From Paragordius varius (Eukaryota; Animalia; Nematomorpha): DNA of 64,000 nucleotides. The first letter of the stretch is position 1, and every line of letters starts with the position of its first letter. Made by a program: the position numbers and the translations under genes. Of this stretch, positions 1 to 13,439 are shown one piece after another. The stretch covers positions 1,488,001-1,552,000 of the forward strand of contig OZ176051.1 in assembly GCA_964247055.1 (NCBI GenBank). Direction: 5' to 3'. The notes below the pieces were generated by a model that saw only the letters and a list, made by a program, of their open reading frames with translations, searched no databases and was not told where the DNA came from.

Positions 1-275
1 ATGGCATATTTTTAAATTCGGCTTAATACCTCAAATAATTTTTATGATATTCTATTTAAAATGCCTCTTAATATTTGATATACCCCAAAAGGTGATTAAG
101 TGTTTAATTAGTATTTAAAATTAATAACGACATTTTATTGCCTCTATTTTAAACTCTTAATAAATTACCATTTAACATGAATTTTTATAAAAATAATGTA
201 TGCTAGGGAAATGGCTAGTTTTGTAAACATTTATTCGATTTTTTACGAATAATAACAATTATTTATGCTCTATGG

Positions 276-2724
276 CAGTGATACTCAAACCGCGGCCCGC
301 GGGCCGCATGCGGCCCGCAGTGTGCTTTAAAAATGCACTATGACTGATATTTAATTATTTTTAAATAATATATATTTTTTACCCAATTTGAAATGTAGAA
401 AAATTTTCTACATTAAAATGATTTTAAAATTTATGATTTATGGGCACACGTTGTTTCTTCTTCTTTTCGAAATTTTTATTGCATTTCTTTTTTGTTTTCA
501 CCCATTGCACATACATTTCATTGCTATCCTGCATCATTTTTAAAACTCATTCTCATAAAATATTTTCAACTCAATATCATTAAATTTTGACCTGTTTTTT
601 ATAGCATAATTCAATTTATATTCCTATCTTTTTTACATAATATTTAAACATAAATTCAAAGGATGACATCTAATGCCAAAAAACGTAAATTATCCGATGA
701 AAATCGCTCCTTTAAAAAAGAATGGGAAACTAATTTTTTTGTCGTTTTAAATAACAATGTTGCTACCTGCCTTATATGCAAAGACAATATAATTATAAAA
801 AAATTCAATATTGAAAGACATTCTAAAATCCATCATTCTCATAAATTACCAGAAAATCTTGAGGAAAGAAATGAAAAATATAAAAATTTTAAGGAATTAT
901 ACGAGAAAGAAAAATCTATTATGGCCATAGCTTTTTCCCAGGAAAAAGCTGTAACATTAGCTTCGTATGAAATATGCTATATTTTAGGAAAAAATATGAA
1001 ACCGTTTACTGATTCCCAACTAATAAAAGAATGTTTAATAAATGGTTGCACTTTTTTATTTGATAAATTCCATAATAAAGATCAAATCATGAGGCAAATT
1101 AAAAAACTTCAACTTTCTGATTCAACATGTGCTCGACGCATTGAAGATATGTCTAAATATATTTTTAACAATACATTATTGGCTCTGAAAAATTGCAAAT
1201 ACTTCAGTATTGCAATCGATTCTAGCACTGATATAAGTTCAACACCTCAATGTGCGCTCTTCGTGAGATTTTGCAACGACAACAAAATCAACGAGGAATA
1301 TTTGAAATTTTTACCAATGAATAATACCACAAAAGGCAGTGATTTTCTTGAAGTAATTAGTACCTTTTTCGATAATAATGGTATATCTATGAAAAAATTG
1401 GTTTCGATCTGCACAGATGGCTGTCCCTCTATGATTGGAATAAACAAAGGGTTTATTTCTCTTTTAAAAAACAAATATAATTTGCAAAATCTATTATCCT
1501 TTCACTGCTTTATTCATCAGCAAAACTTGGTTTCGCGTGTAAAAGATGAATCACTAAATTTAGTAATTAAAACGGTTGTGGATATAGTTAACTACATCCG
1601 TGGCAGAGAATTCAATCACCGTAAATCCAAAAACCTTCTGAAAGATATCCACAGTGAGTTTGATGATATTCTTTTGTACACCGCTGTGAGATGGCTAAGC
1701 CTTAGCAAAGTATTGAATAGATTTTTTGATTTAAGACATGAAATTCTATTATTTATAAAAGATAACAGAAAGTTTGACGAGGAAATTAATAGTGACAAAT
1801 GGTGGGTTTTATTAGCCTACCTTTGCGACATTACTAATAAACTTAGTACTTTTAATACAAGTCTTCAAGGGAGCAAAATAATAACCCAATTTGCTAATCA
1901 TATATTTGCTTTTGAAGAAAAATTAATAATATATAAACAAGATTTTATAGATAAAACACTCCTACATTTTCCAACACTCAAAACGATTTATAAAGAAAAT
2001 ATGGAATTTACCGCGGATATTAATTTAATAATAGACAATCATTTAACATTTTTATCTAATGAGATGAAATTCAGATTTCAAGAATTAAAAAATATAAAAA
2101 ATTGCTTAAAGCTAGTGGAAAATCCATGGCATATGGATATATCCAACATTAGGCAACTTGAGCTTTTCGGTTTTGATCAGGCGGTTATCATTGAAGAATT
2201 CGTTGATTTTAAAAATGATTCCAATTTGGAAGCTATATTTAAGGAAAACCGTAGAGAAGAAAGATATGTAGAGTTTTGGCAAGTTGTGCCAAATAAATAT
2301 GAAAATATAAAAAAATGTGCTCAAGTTGTCTTAACTATTTTTCCATCAACTTACACATGTGAGACGGCATATTCAAAAATGAAGTATATTAAGAATACTT
2401 ACAGAAATCGCTTAACTAATGATCATATGGACGACGTATTAAGAATGGCCTGCCATGAGGCGAAACCAAATTTGTCAAAAATTATTGGTTAATATTAAAA
2501 TAAATGTTGTTATCAATATATTTTAAATTTTAAAACTAAATGGTACAAAACGAATTTTTAGCTGGATTTACATGCGACCCGCAAAAAATTTATTGTGCTG
2601 ATTTAGAGTATAAATATGTGCGTTGTCAAATAGCTATGGAATATTTGCCATTATAAGGTTCATGGCCCTCGAAAAAAAAATATGTTTTATTTGGCCCGTC
2701 AAATTTTTTTGGTGAGTACCACTG
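276..2724 (+). mobile_element. Autonomous hAT DNA transposon, Buster/SPIN-like, 2449 bp
   Basis: TIRs are CAGTGATACTCA (from 276) and TGAGTACCACTG (ending 2724), 11/12 match. The 8-bp TSD CTCTATGG is perfect (268-275, 2725-2732) and has the central TA typical of Buster targets. A GC-rich subterminal palindrome CGCGGCCCGCGGGCCGCATGCGGCCCGC follows the left TIR. One long transposase ORF is inside. Confidence 0.95.
663..2492 (+). CDS. hAT transposase (Buster/GTF2IRD2-like), 609 aa, uninterrupted
   Basis: N-terminal BED-like finger (CLIC...RH...H), catalytic D in IDSSTD, D in CTDG, CxxH (HCFIH), RW motif (VRWLS), catalytic E in TYTCET, and a C-terminal dimerisation region (RNRLT). Confidence 0.93.
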   Translation: MTSNAKKRKLSDENRSFKKEWETNFFVVLNNNVATCLICKDNIIIKKFNIERHSKIHHSHKLPENLEERNEKYKNFKELYEKEKSIMAIAFSQEKAVTLASYEICYILGKNMKPFTDSQLIKECLINGCTFLFDKFHNKDQIMRQIKKLQLSDSTCARRIEDMSKYIFNNTLLALKNCKYFSIAIDSSTDISSTPQCALFVRFCNDNKINEEYLKFLPMNNTTKGSDFLEVISTFFDNNGISMKKLVSICTDGCPSMIGINKGFISLLKNKYNLQNLLSFHCFIHQQNLVSRVKDESLNLVIKTVVDIVNYIRGREFNHRKSKNLLKDIHSEFDDILLYTAVRWLSLSKVLNRFFDLRHEILLFIKDNRKFDEEINSDKWWVLLAYLCDITNKLSTFNTSLQGSKIITQFANHIFAFEEKLIIYKQDFIDKTLLHFPTLKTIYKENMEFTADINLIIDNHLTFLSNEMKFRFQELKNIKNCLKLVENPWHMDISNIRQLELFGFDQAVIIEEFVDFKNDSNLEAIFKENRREERYVEFWQVVPNKYENIKKCAQVVLTIFPSTYTCETAYSKMKYIKNTYRNRLTNDHMDDVLRMACHEAKPNLSKIIG

Positions 2725-3193
2725 CTCTATGGTCAAAGGTGTATATTCGGGAAGAGGATTACCCCACATGCATAATATCAATATAAAATTTATTTATTAT
2801 AGAAAATTGACTTTTTCATGCGATGAAAATATCAAATTAATAAATTTATAGATTTTTATATTTAGCAGGGCTAATATAATCTATATAAAAGAATTAAATT
2901 ATAAAGACAAAAGAAAACTAGTGGACAATATTTTTTGAATACTATCACTCATTCTATACCCTGAGTTATAACCTATTGATTGGTAGTTCACTAACACACT
3001 TATAATCATTTCCGTTATACAAAAATACGAATATTCAAATTGTTGTCTTTTGTAAAATAATATCCGTCCTTTTTACATTTTGTCTGTATAATTATAATTA
3101 CTGTAAATGTATTTGAGTTTTTTGATAAATGTAATATCATAACTAAGCAAAATATATGAAAGTTTTTTTATTTTATACATAATTCTTTTTTAG

Positions 3194-6100
3194 AAAACTC
3201 CAAATAATACCATTTTGTCTCATGCACCGATCAATTTGGTTAAGAAAGAACCTTCGACTGTTTTGTTGGGTAAAACATGTACTACTGTTGGAACTCAAAA
3301 TTCTAGTCTCCTATTTGGTGGTTTAGATGACACAGCCCAGCGTATAATTTCTATGTTGGGACAAATTTCTTCTGTGAATAGCACTAAGGATTCAACTGAA
3401 AAGAACGTTATTAAGACTGAACCAATTATTAACAATAATAATCTACCACAAGAGGAAAGCTTTAAAGTATAAAACAGAGTTTTAAATTGAAATTATAAAA
3501 ATCTTAATCAAATATTTTGTAAAGGACCCTTATATGTTTTTAGATTCTTAATTTATGTTAAGGGTTTTTAAAATTGTTTAATATGGATATTGAATGGTTT
3601 TTAAAACTTATTTTATTTAAATAATCAATCCTTAACATAATGTAAATTTTTCAGCATCTTATAATATTTTTTTATCCATAATTTGTTTCATTTAACTATT
3701 AAAATTACAAACTCTACACTACTAATTGAAAATGTATTTTTGATCAATTTACATAAATTTTTTTTAGCATTCGAACTTATATAATTCCAAACCTTTGCTT
3801 AACTTTTAATCAATTCATATAAAAGTTTTGTAATTAAATTAATATTTGCCATATTATTATCCAAAACACCCCTTATTGAAATTTTAATAATCCTTCTTAA
3901 TTATTGCTTATATAAATTATATAAAATTTCCAGAGAGAATATAGCACGTTTGATATTGATGGTTCAATGCAACAAACATCAACCAAAACTAAAATGTTAA
4001 AAAATCACAGAGAAATGTTTAAAAGTTCTTACCATTCACCACTCTTTTTTAAGGTTTCTGTTTTATTGATTCTCCATATTAATTGAAAAAGAAAAATATT
4101 TAGTAGATTTTAGTAAAAAACTTATTTTGGCTCTTTTGTGCAATAACTACCCAAGAAGTTTGCTATGTTTTATTTATTTTATTACATCAATTAATACATG
4201 CCAAAATTAAAGTTATTAGGATTTATTTCTGTAGTTTTGTCGGATTGATTTTTTCCTATAATTATAAATATTTATTTAGGTTTATTAATTTTGTAAAATT
4301 AATTTTAAAGCAGTTTCATATTGTATTTTATTAAAATTTTTTTATGTTTTGACAGTATGCTAAACATTTCTGTGTATCCTAAAAAATTTTACTGTTTTCA
4401 AAACACGAATTATAGTTTGATGCACAAATTATTTCTTACTAAAAATTTTATTCATTTTGATTAGCCTTCACAAATCAGCTCAGAGTTGAAAAGATCACAA
4501 CCTGTTATTGGCAATCAGTCAGCCCTAAAACAGCCAAATACTAATTTACCGCAAGAAATTTCGGAAACTCAAATTGATAAACAATATATCCCTTCACCCC
4601 GGTTTTATAATGAAAATTTTAGATTAAAGGTATATTTTTTCAAGCAAAAATTGTTAATCTAACAAAAAAATATTTTATTTTGATTTTAAATAGTCCGAGT
4701 AAAAATTTAAATTGTTGAAAATTAATATCAGTCAAAGGATAACTATTTTTATTGAATTATAAAACCCGTATAGTTACTTAAATCTTTATTTAAAAAGTAA
4801 CTTAAAAATTATTCAATTTGCATTATTCCTTTTCGCAACCCACAACGATACGTTATTATTAAAAAAGGAATTATATTCAAAAGTATGGGTTTCTTTGTAA
4901 AAAAAAAGTATTTGAATTTTATGTTTTGTCTTTCTAATTTTATTTTTAAATTTGCAATATATTTTGTGTTTTATTAAAGTTCCATTTGCAACCGTTGGAA
5001 AGATCCCCATATATGCCCCCCCTAGCTAAAAATGTGTCTGTGTTGGCTCAAGGAATAACCTATCCAGTATAAATTTTTATTTTAAATATAGTTTTTAAAA
5101 TTATTAAATTTTAAAAGTTGAGAGAATTATTTCAAAAATAATATAAATTCTACGTTTTTTTTCGGTATTTTAGAACACGTCACAATCATTTAAATCCTTA
5201 CATAAAGAAATAGAAAAAGTGGTACCACACACATCTATAATTACATCCACGTAAAAAATATTTTTAAACAATTATCATCAAATATATATTATATTTTTAT
5301 TCAATTTTAATTTCCTAATATAGATGTACAACAAAGCCTGCATCAAGTCTAGAACAGACAAAAGTAATGTTAAATTAATGTTTTTTTTAAAAATATACTT
5401 TTAATTTTTTTGAATTTTTGTCCATAAAATTTGCTATATAATGCTTAATAGGATATATTCGAACAATTTGTTTAAAATGGTTAAGAATAACAAGGGTTAT
5501 CGTGAATTTAAAAAATGTTGGTTGGTTTTGTTTACAAATTATACTCGTAAAACAAATTTAGATTAATTATTACGACTAAAAAGTAAAAATATAGTAAATA
5601 TATATTTAATAATTATGTTTTTAAAGTGACTTTTTTTCAAATCTAGACTACTGTCCCTATACCAAACTTCACGTTTACGTTTCCCTCATCGGAATCTATT
5701 GTTATAAATCACGTCATTCCAAATTTCAATGATAGCTCTGCAACAAACCTAAGTGGTCCAGTTTCTTCTCAAACAAATTTGGTTTCTCAAGAAGTTATTT
5801 TGAATACGTCGTCAAAACCTAGTGTACCTGTTAGTAGTACTCAAGTAACGATTTAAATTTTTGGTTATTATCTAAATAAGCCTCTTTATTTTTATCATAA
5901 TATGATGGTGTAAAGTTTATCAGAAGTATGTTAAAATTGTAATGGTAATTAACGGATTGGTATGTTTTGTAATAACAGTTGTTAAAATCCGTAATATAAC
6001 GATAAAGGATAATTAAATAGAATTAAATGAAATTATGGATATATATACGAAATCGATATGTGAAAACCCCAAGTCAAATAGTTGTGTCGTACTGATGAGT

Positions 6101-9100
6101 GCTAACAAGCACGAAACTAGTCTATTACTATTGACGAAGGGTTTCACATATCGTTTATAATTTCATTTAATTCTATAATTATCCTTTATCGTTATATTAC
6201 GGATTTTAACAACTGTTATTATGTTAAAATTATTCGGTTAAATAAGAGATTTTTTATATTTTTCACCGAAGTGCAGCTTATTTATATAAATCTTTTGTTT
6301 AGAAAAGAGTGTCATTTGATTCTTCAGTCGTGTTCGAAAGAACAACCCCAAAAAGCCAACAAGAAAAAACAATTGATTTAACTAGCAAAACTTCAATATC
6401 TTCGATACCTACGTCCGGTGAAATATTCTCCTCATTTATAAATCCATCAGCCAGCATACTAGAGACTAAATCAAATCTTTCCACTGTTAAACCAAATACT
6501 ATTAAGTGTAAAATTTGTGGAAGTCCAAATGTAATGCAAGATACAACAATCACAAATAATCAACGTGTCCTATATTGTAAAGTTTGTCAAACACCGCTAA
6601 ATACTTTGGAAATCATATCTAAATCAAAAACTACTTCTGAGAAAACCATTGAAAAAAATCAGGCTATTTCAGTCCCTAAAAGCACAACCTTTTTGGATTC
6701 CATTGGTAATGAAGATGATTTCATGAAGTTTTTTTGGAAATTTTTTGGCCGACGTAATTTAAAACGAACATTTTTTTTGAGTTCCTTAAAGATATAATGT
6801 AATTGGTATAAGATATATAAGATATGTTTTTACGGAGAATGCACATAAAATAATTTAATATTTTTTTCGATTTCTAAAATTCTAAATAACGATGTTATTT
6901 TTAATTTATCCCACAATAATCTCATAATAAATGACAAATAGCACAAAATTAACACCTAAAATTATTAACTCTCTCTCAATTTAGATTCATCATCAGCTAA
7001 ACAATCATTGGTGACACCATTATCAACAACACTTAACACGGCTCTGAATAAAAGTGAATCTACAAGCGTGCCAGTGTTTAGTTTTACTCTTCCATCCTCG
7101 ATTTCGAAGAGGCCAATTAATACGAGTGTTGGGACTTTTCCTACTTTTACTTTTAAAAGTACTGCTCCGATAGAGACTTCCCTCTCCATAAGTACTGTTT
7201 CTCAGACCATTCCAATGATGGTAACTTCGATATCAAGTTCCTTTACATTTAAGGCTAAAAATTCAACATCAAACCATGAAACAAACAATGCCGTTGTTTC
7301 AGAAGAAGTTAAAACAAGTTCCAACACCAATAAATTCCCTCTTTTCTCTTTTTCGACAAATTTGGCTGCTAACACGACGTCAACCATCAATATTAGTTCG
7401 GCGGCGGTTCCTAGTTTTAGTTTCACTTCTAATACTACCTTATTGGACAACAACAGCAGCATTAAAACAAGTGTGCCAAGCAATGTATTGTTTTCTGGCA
7501 ATGGATTAACATCAACATCCACTTTAACCAATAATTTGTTTAAAGTGTCTACTACTTCACAACAAAGTACCTCCCTACCATTTACCGGTTTTCAATTTAA
7601 TAATAAGACGGTTTCATCATCATTCCTCTCGAATATGACATCCACAGTGACAACACAATATTTAGTAACAAGCTCTGAAATATCGAAAACTTTGCCAAAT
7701 TTTGTAACAAAGTTATCCGAGGAAAACAAACCACCACCAGTTTTCTCAATGAATAATAGTTTGTTTTCTTTTACACCATCTAGCGGTAACAACACTGGCG
7801 ACATATTTAAAGCAAATAACTCTTCTGTTTTAAGTAGCACAAATAATTCTACCATAACAACAACAACAACATTGTTGCAGTCGGGAGGATTCAGTTTTTC
7901 TGCTTTTTCCACCAAATCGGAAACTACAGCTTTTGGGACTTTTAGCAGCACGAACGCTACGAAACCCATTTTTTCTTTTGGAGCAGTTCAAACAACAGTT
8001 TCTATACCGACAAATATGCCATTGTTTGGATCATCTATTATCAGTATACATTATTGTTGTTTGAAGCTATGCAAAATATTTTTAACCGATAAACATTAAT
8101 ATCAATTAAAAAATTTGAATTTATTAATGGTTTTTGGTGTAACTTAAGTTTTAAGATATATTTAATTTAAATTTAATCTCTTTTTTAAACAACTGTTATT
8201 ATTTTTTGATTTTCCATTAAATAATATGACTGTAATTGATATGGCAAAGGCAGAGTCTTTGTTATGATATAAAAGAAAACAATCTATATGACCCAAAATA
8301 GGATATTTTTGGCTAATTGATGACCTTCGCTGTTAGCCATCAAATATTTAGCGAATTAATTATGGTAAATGTTAAAAATATATATTGTTAACAATAATTA
8401 TGGTAAATGTTAAAATATATATTGTTAGCACACCCTTAATATAGGGATGCCTCACCACATTAACATTGACTGTTTTGTTCCAAAGTTTATATAGATGTAT
8501 AAACAGCCATATATTTATGCATAAATTTTTAAATTGTAGGTTCAGCAAAAAGTGAAGTGACAACCAGTAGTACCAGTTTTTCAAACATCGCTTTCTATCA
8601 ATCCGCACCACCGCCTAAAACAACATCTTTTTCTGCCCTGATGAGTACCACCACAACAAATTCCACATTTAATTTTATGTCTCAGACGACGACTGGGTCT
8701 TTTGGAAACTCTACTGCTGCTATAACTTTGAATAATACCCCAATATTTTCTTTAAACACAACAAATGACAATAACACTATCACAGTAAGTAATCAATCGT
8801 CTATTTTTGGAAACTTTGGAGCTAATGCTAAACCAATGCCATTTGTGTTTGGGGGATCAACCATCAATAACAATAATACTAACATTAATACAGCTCAATC
8901 GACAACTGGTTTTGCTTCTCCCTTTAATATTCAGGTTTGTAAATGTGATTTTTTAGAAGTTTTATCATAGCTAAACATCAAAAACTAATTTCAATTATTT
9001 AAGGGCATTTTCGCTTCATAAGTTTTTACTGATCAAAAGGTTCAAAAAAAGAATTTATTTTTTAATAACTAAAGTCATTATATCACATATTTTATGAACC

Positions 9101-9853
9101 AAATATAACTCCTTTTTGTAAATTTCATTTTGTACCAAAGATTTTAAATTCGTTAACATACAAAAATTTGTATAATTTTTCAAAACTTTGTACTTTTTTT
9201 AGGCGCCGACTGCTCAGGTATCATCAACGGTTTCTTCTCTCTTTGGGTCATTTAACAATCCCACAATTCAATCTTCTGCATCTAACGCCTTCTCAATACC
9301 AAACAATAATAATGTTGGAACACCTCTTTTTAATTTTAGTAAACCAGGTATTATATGGATAATAAATAAAATTATTAATTATTGATATATTTCACGATAT
9401 TTATTTATAAAGTAAGAAAATACTGTAAATAATTAATTAAATAAAATTTATATTAATTATATTTAAACTTTTGTCGATTTAGAAGGAATTCAACCATTTT
9501 CATTTACAGCTCCTACATTACCTACAATAAGTAACAATAACAATAGTTCTCCATTTGTCTTTGGTGCAAATACGTCAAATAATTATGTGGGTGGCCAACA
9601 GGCCGCCGCTCCCTTTTCTTTCAGTAATGTGAGTGCGACTCCCTTTAAATTTGGATCCAACACGACGCCTATAGGTGATGCTACCAATAATACTTCAGAT
9701 GCATCTGGCGCTTTTGCTATTGGGTAAATTATTTTTTAAATTTTTTCATTTCTATAATTTTTGAACATAATAGCAATACATAACCCATCATATTTTAGGG
9801 CTGACCAAACTGCGGGTCGTCGTGTGAAAAGAGGATTACGGAGATTGCGATAG
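3194..9853 (+). CDS. NUP153: NUP153-like FG nucleoporin, 5'-partial; 12 exons in the window
   Basis: Exons 3194-3466, 3934-4053, 4465-4629, 5174-5250, 5324-5363, 5647-5844, 6303-6705, 6985-8043, 8540-8934, 9203-9347, 9483-9723, 9799-9853 join in frame through GT-AG introns of 73-544 nt. LDDTAQRIISMLGQISS resembles the Nup153 TARRILQSLEKMSSP motif. There is one RanBP2-like CxxC..N..CxxC finger, a long S/T-rich FxF/FG region, and a basic C-terminus FAIG-ADQTAGRRVKRGLRRLR*. The first visible exon starts at an acceptor, so upstream exons probably lie before the window. Confidence 0.8.
5970..6221. repeat. Inverted-repeat (hairpin) element in a NUP153-like intron
   Basis: Perfect 46-bp inverted arms (TAATAACAGTTGTTAAAATCCGTAATATAACGATAAAGGATAATTA) continue imperfectly to about 6070 and 6138, enclosing a ~65-nt core. 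Confidence 0.92.
6073..6135 (+). ncRNA. Minimal type I hammerhead ribozyme
   Basis: CTGATGA at 6092-6098, stem II GTGCT/AGCAC with loop AACA, GAAA at 6113-6116, palindromic mini helix III ACTAGT, and cleavage triplet GTC (cut after 6122). Stem I is formed by GTCAAATAGT..GTA and TAT..ACTATTGAC with an internal loop. Confidence 0.85.
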
Positions 9854-9959
9854 GGATCAATTAATTCATGATTTTTTAGAATAGGAATTATAAACGATTT
9901 TTGAATAAATTATCAATATAAAAATGATATTATATATGGTGTACAGCATTTTTTATATA

Positions 9960-10828
9960 CTAGTTGTAGCCTGTCACGCCTCCCTGTGACTTGTGGAAAT
10001 GAAACGATTAAGAGTTTAAACATAAATGCACATATTCTATATTTTTTCTCTGTGAAATTAATAGCATTCCCGAACTCGTCGTGGCTTCGTAACATTGATT
10101 GATAGGAAACGGGGTCAAAAATATATTTTCTAGAATGAAGCCAAACCGAAGGCAAAATTAAAAACATAGCCACCCTCGGCATATATAACGACTAATCTTT
10201 TAAATTTTGAATCTGGTCACATTCGACATATTAGTCTCAAAGTTGCCAGGGGTCAGGGCTGAACTGAGGGACAAATTTAAATCTCTTCATCGATGCAATC
10301 ATATAAATATAAAAAAATCCATTATTAAATTTATAGAGACTACGCGTTAAATTACTCAAGCCCGTATTTCTTCACCCCCATTTTTCAAGATGGTTTGGTT
10401 CAAATGAAGGAATAATCCAAAAACGTAAATAATTATCAATATAAAATAAGACTGCAGTTTTTCTTAATCAATTGCTTTTAACTAATATTTGGTCAAAACC
10501 ATGTTTAGGGGGAGGAAAATAGATTTAGGGCCTATGCTCATTATAAAAAATGGATCTCTTCTGCTTAAGAACCGAATAAATAATAGTATTTTTGAATTCA
10601 AACGAGTTACACGTTTAGGAAAATTTCTAAGTTTTTCCAAAATCTTCACATAGACTGAGCTGAACTAAGGGGCTTAGAAAATATTAAATTGAAATAGGCC
10701 TACACGTTTATTAGTTAAAAACTCCATCTTCAAGATTGAGTTGTTAACACTTCGATTCAAATGAAGGTATCTAAATACCCCAGACTATACTCATATCCTT
10801 GAAAACGGTTGAAAGTGTCTTAAGTAGA
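9960..10828 (-). mobile_element. Non-autonomous Helitron-like element
   Basis: The 3' CTAG (9960-9963) is followed by T on the minus strand, with hairpin GTCAC-GCCTCCCT-GTGAC (9973-9990) 9 nt inside. The candidate 5' A|TC end at 10828 is less certain. Confidence 0.55.
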
Positions 10829-10939
10829 TATACTGCCCACCTTTCTAGTATTTTCGTTATTTATTATTTATGTTAAAATCTTGTCATATTTAAGTTGATA
10901 TTTTAATAACTAATGAAAAAAACAGTCCCATTTTAAATT

Positions 10940-11480
10940 ATATACTAAAAAGATTATATAAAGAGCTGCAATATCCAAATAAAATTTTTTGAAAAAAAAG
11001 TTCCATAACGATGCCATTTTATTACAACATTTTTGCAAAATAGCGGGTTTATAATTTTTAAGGTAATATTTAACGCTAGTTTTTTATTCCAATATAGATA
11101 GAAACAGAAAAAGGGGTTTATTTTGTATTATTTTTAAATTTTGCTATTGCACACATCTCATGTGGACTTAACTTTTACTTTTGCGTTTTACCTTAACCAA
11201 GTAATATCTAGTACTTTTGATGGTTTATGAATGGTATATGAGTGCAAACTTTTGCCATGGTTCAATTTCTTTTATATGATTTGAGAATTTATTTTTAAAC
11301 ATGCCTGGGGTTTTTAACAACCCCAATTTGAATTAAAGGACTGATATGAATGTGTTTTATTCAAGTGTTAATAGGGCTTGTTTGAAATATTTGTTTATGT
11401 CACCCTTTGCACTCAATAAGAAAACGTTTCCCTACACATTTTCCGGAAAACTGCCTCAAAACCAATATTTGTCGAAACCC
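10940..11480. repeat. Diverged interspersed repeat, copy 1 (homologous to ~24240-24780)
   Basis: Colinear shared motifs: AAAAAGTTCCATA, CAACATTTT-GCAAAATA, GTGCAAACTTTTG-CATGGTT, CCTGGGGT..ACCCCA-TTTGAAT-AAGGACT. Confidence 0.7.
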
Positions 11481-13439
11481 CCTTTTCAGAGGCATAGGAA
11501 TTAGATATGGGGCTAATTAAAAAAATGGTTTTATTACCACAATTCTTCAAAAATAAAGAAAATTCTCTTCAAAATTGCTTTAAAACCAATATTTTTTCGA
11601 AAATTCGACACATGCGTGGAACGGAAACGATAACTTAAAAAAAGGCTGAGTCATACTCGGTTCATCTGGGGAACATTTTAAGGACTTCAATTTTTAAAAT
11701 CCGTATAAGGGGTGGATTTTCCCAAAAATTGTTTCAATACCAGCATTATTTAAATATATTCCCTGGGTAACGAAAATCAAATCAAATAGTTGCAAAAAAT
11801 ATACTTAAAGATCAACATATTTAATCATTCTGAGCTATGTTTAACATTATCTAATTATCAGAATATATGTTTATATATATCTAATTTTTTTACCGTTCTT
11901 ACCATTCTCCGAAAAGCCATAACACTAAGCGCAAAATCAAGGGTAAATAAGGCTGATGAAATATATATATTCTAATACTGAGAGTCTTAAATATTTGCCC
12001 CCCTCTAAAATGGGAAAATAAACGCTTGTGTTAAAAAAATTTAATATATGGCATCAAAAACAAATCTATTTTAAAAGTTGCATATTTTGTTAAAAAAAAA
12101 ATTTTCACAATTTTGTTAAGCGTACTTCACGCTATTTTAAAGCATGATGGAAGCGTTATAAAAATGCTTTATGAAATAATAAAAAATTTACAATATAATG
12201 ATGCGGAACACAGCAATGAACATGCCAAGGTGATAGAAATGTTTAGTAGCAGAGAAAAATAGTTATCTTAAAGCGTTTATACCGTTTCCATCATGCTTCA
12301 AAATAGCACAACTACGCTTCTTTTGCTATAAATAAATTTATAAGGGAAATATTTATTTTTTCGGAAAAAACTTTTTGTGATGTCAAAATTTAACATATAT
12401 TTAAAAATTTATCGCGCCATATCGGCCATTTTATAAAATATTGCCCAGCTGGATTCCAAAAATTTGAGATTTTTGGGGCCCACATCTTAAAATTAAAATT
12501 TTATAAATATGATTATCAAATTCACCAAAAAAAATTATTTAATAAAGTGTGCGAAAATTTTGTCATTTTCTGATATGAAGTTACCATAAAAGTGTAAATG
12601 ACTTTCTGTGGTGGATTAGAGAAACAATAAAACAATAAGATTTATTAAGGTAAATCACAAAAACTAACTATATTTGCGGTATTTATGTATACTGTGTATA
12701 TAAATTTGCATGTTTAACACAAAATAAAATAACGTGTGCCGGTTTAATACTAAAGTGATAAGTGCAATCCGAATACTAGATTTGGGTATAAAAGATGCAT
12801 TCAAAACAAAAACTTTCTTAAATCACTTATAAGGGCCTAAACCAAAAGCACCATGATTATCCTTATACATTTTTCCATCAGAATTTACATATTTAATCAA
12901 GATTTTATATGTGGACACTGTTTATACCATAAATTATGCATGCTCAGAAAGTTTTAATTAAGACCCGTCCAAAATGAGCAAAATAAATGCAAAAATGTCG
13001 ATATTAGACCATAAAATAAATATATGCTAAATTTTGCCATCGAAAAAAGGTTCCCGGAAGAATGTACATTTTCTTAAAAATTTAATTTTAGCAAAAATTT
13101 GATAAACCGAATTTTTGATATATTTACCAAGGTAAAAACGGAAAACTGTTTAAGAAACACCTTATCTAATATACGTAGATTTCAATTATATCATTTGTTC
13201 GTCTTAAAATTAGGACATTTTATATTAAACACATATTTGAAAACTAACAAATGTTTCCATCAAAAATTCAGCATCATCGAAATGTATGAAAAGGGTTTTT
13301 ATTTAACATAGTGTTTCCTAAAAATAACCTGATGAAATATATATATATATATATTCTGATAGGGAAATGTATCAGGGTTATCATGGCGCTTTTGTTTTGG
13401 GCCTTACAAGTGATTAAAGAATTTACACTTTTTTGTCAA

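Noticed and set aside
6965-7969. Antisense and alternate-frame ORFs over NUP153-like, the transposase, the 16-kb ORF and ZNF800-like
   Set aside because: They are shadows of real coding exons with biased S/T/N codon use and carry no independent motifs.
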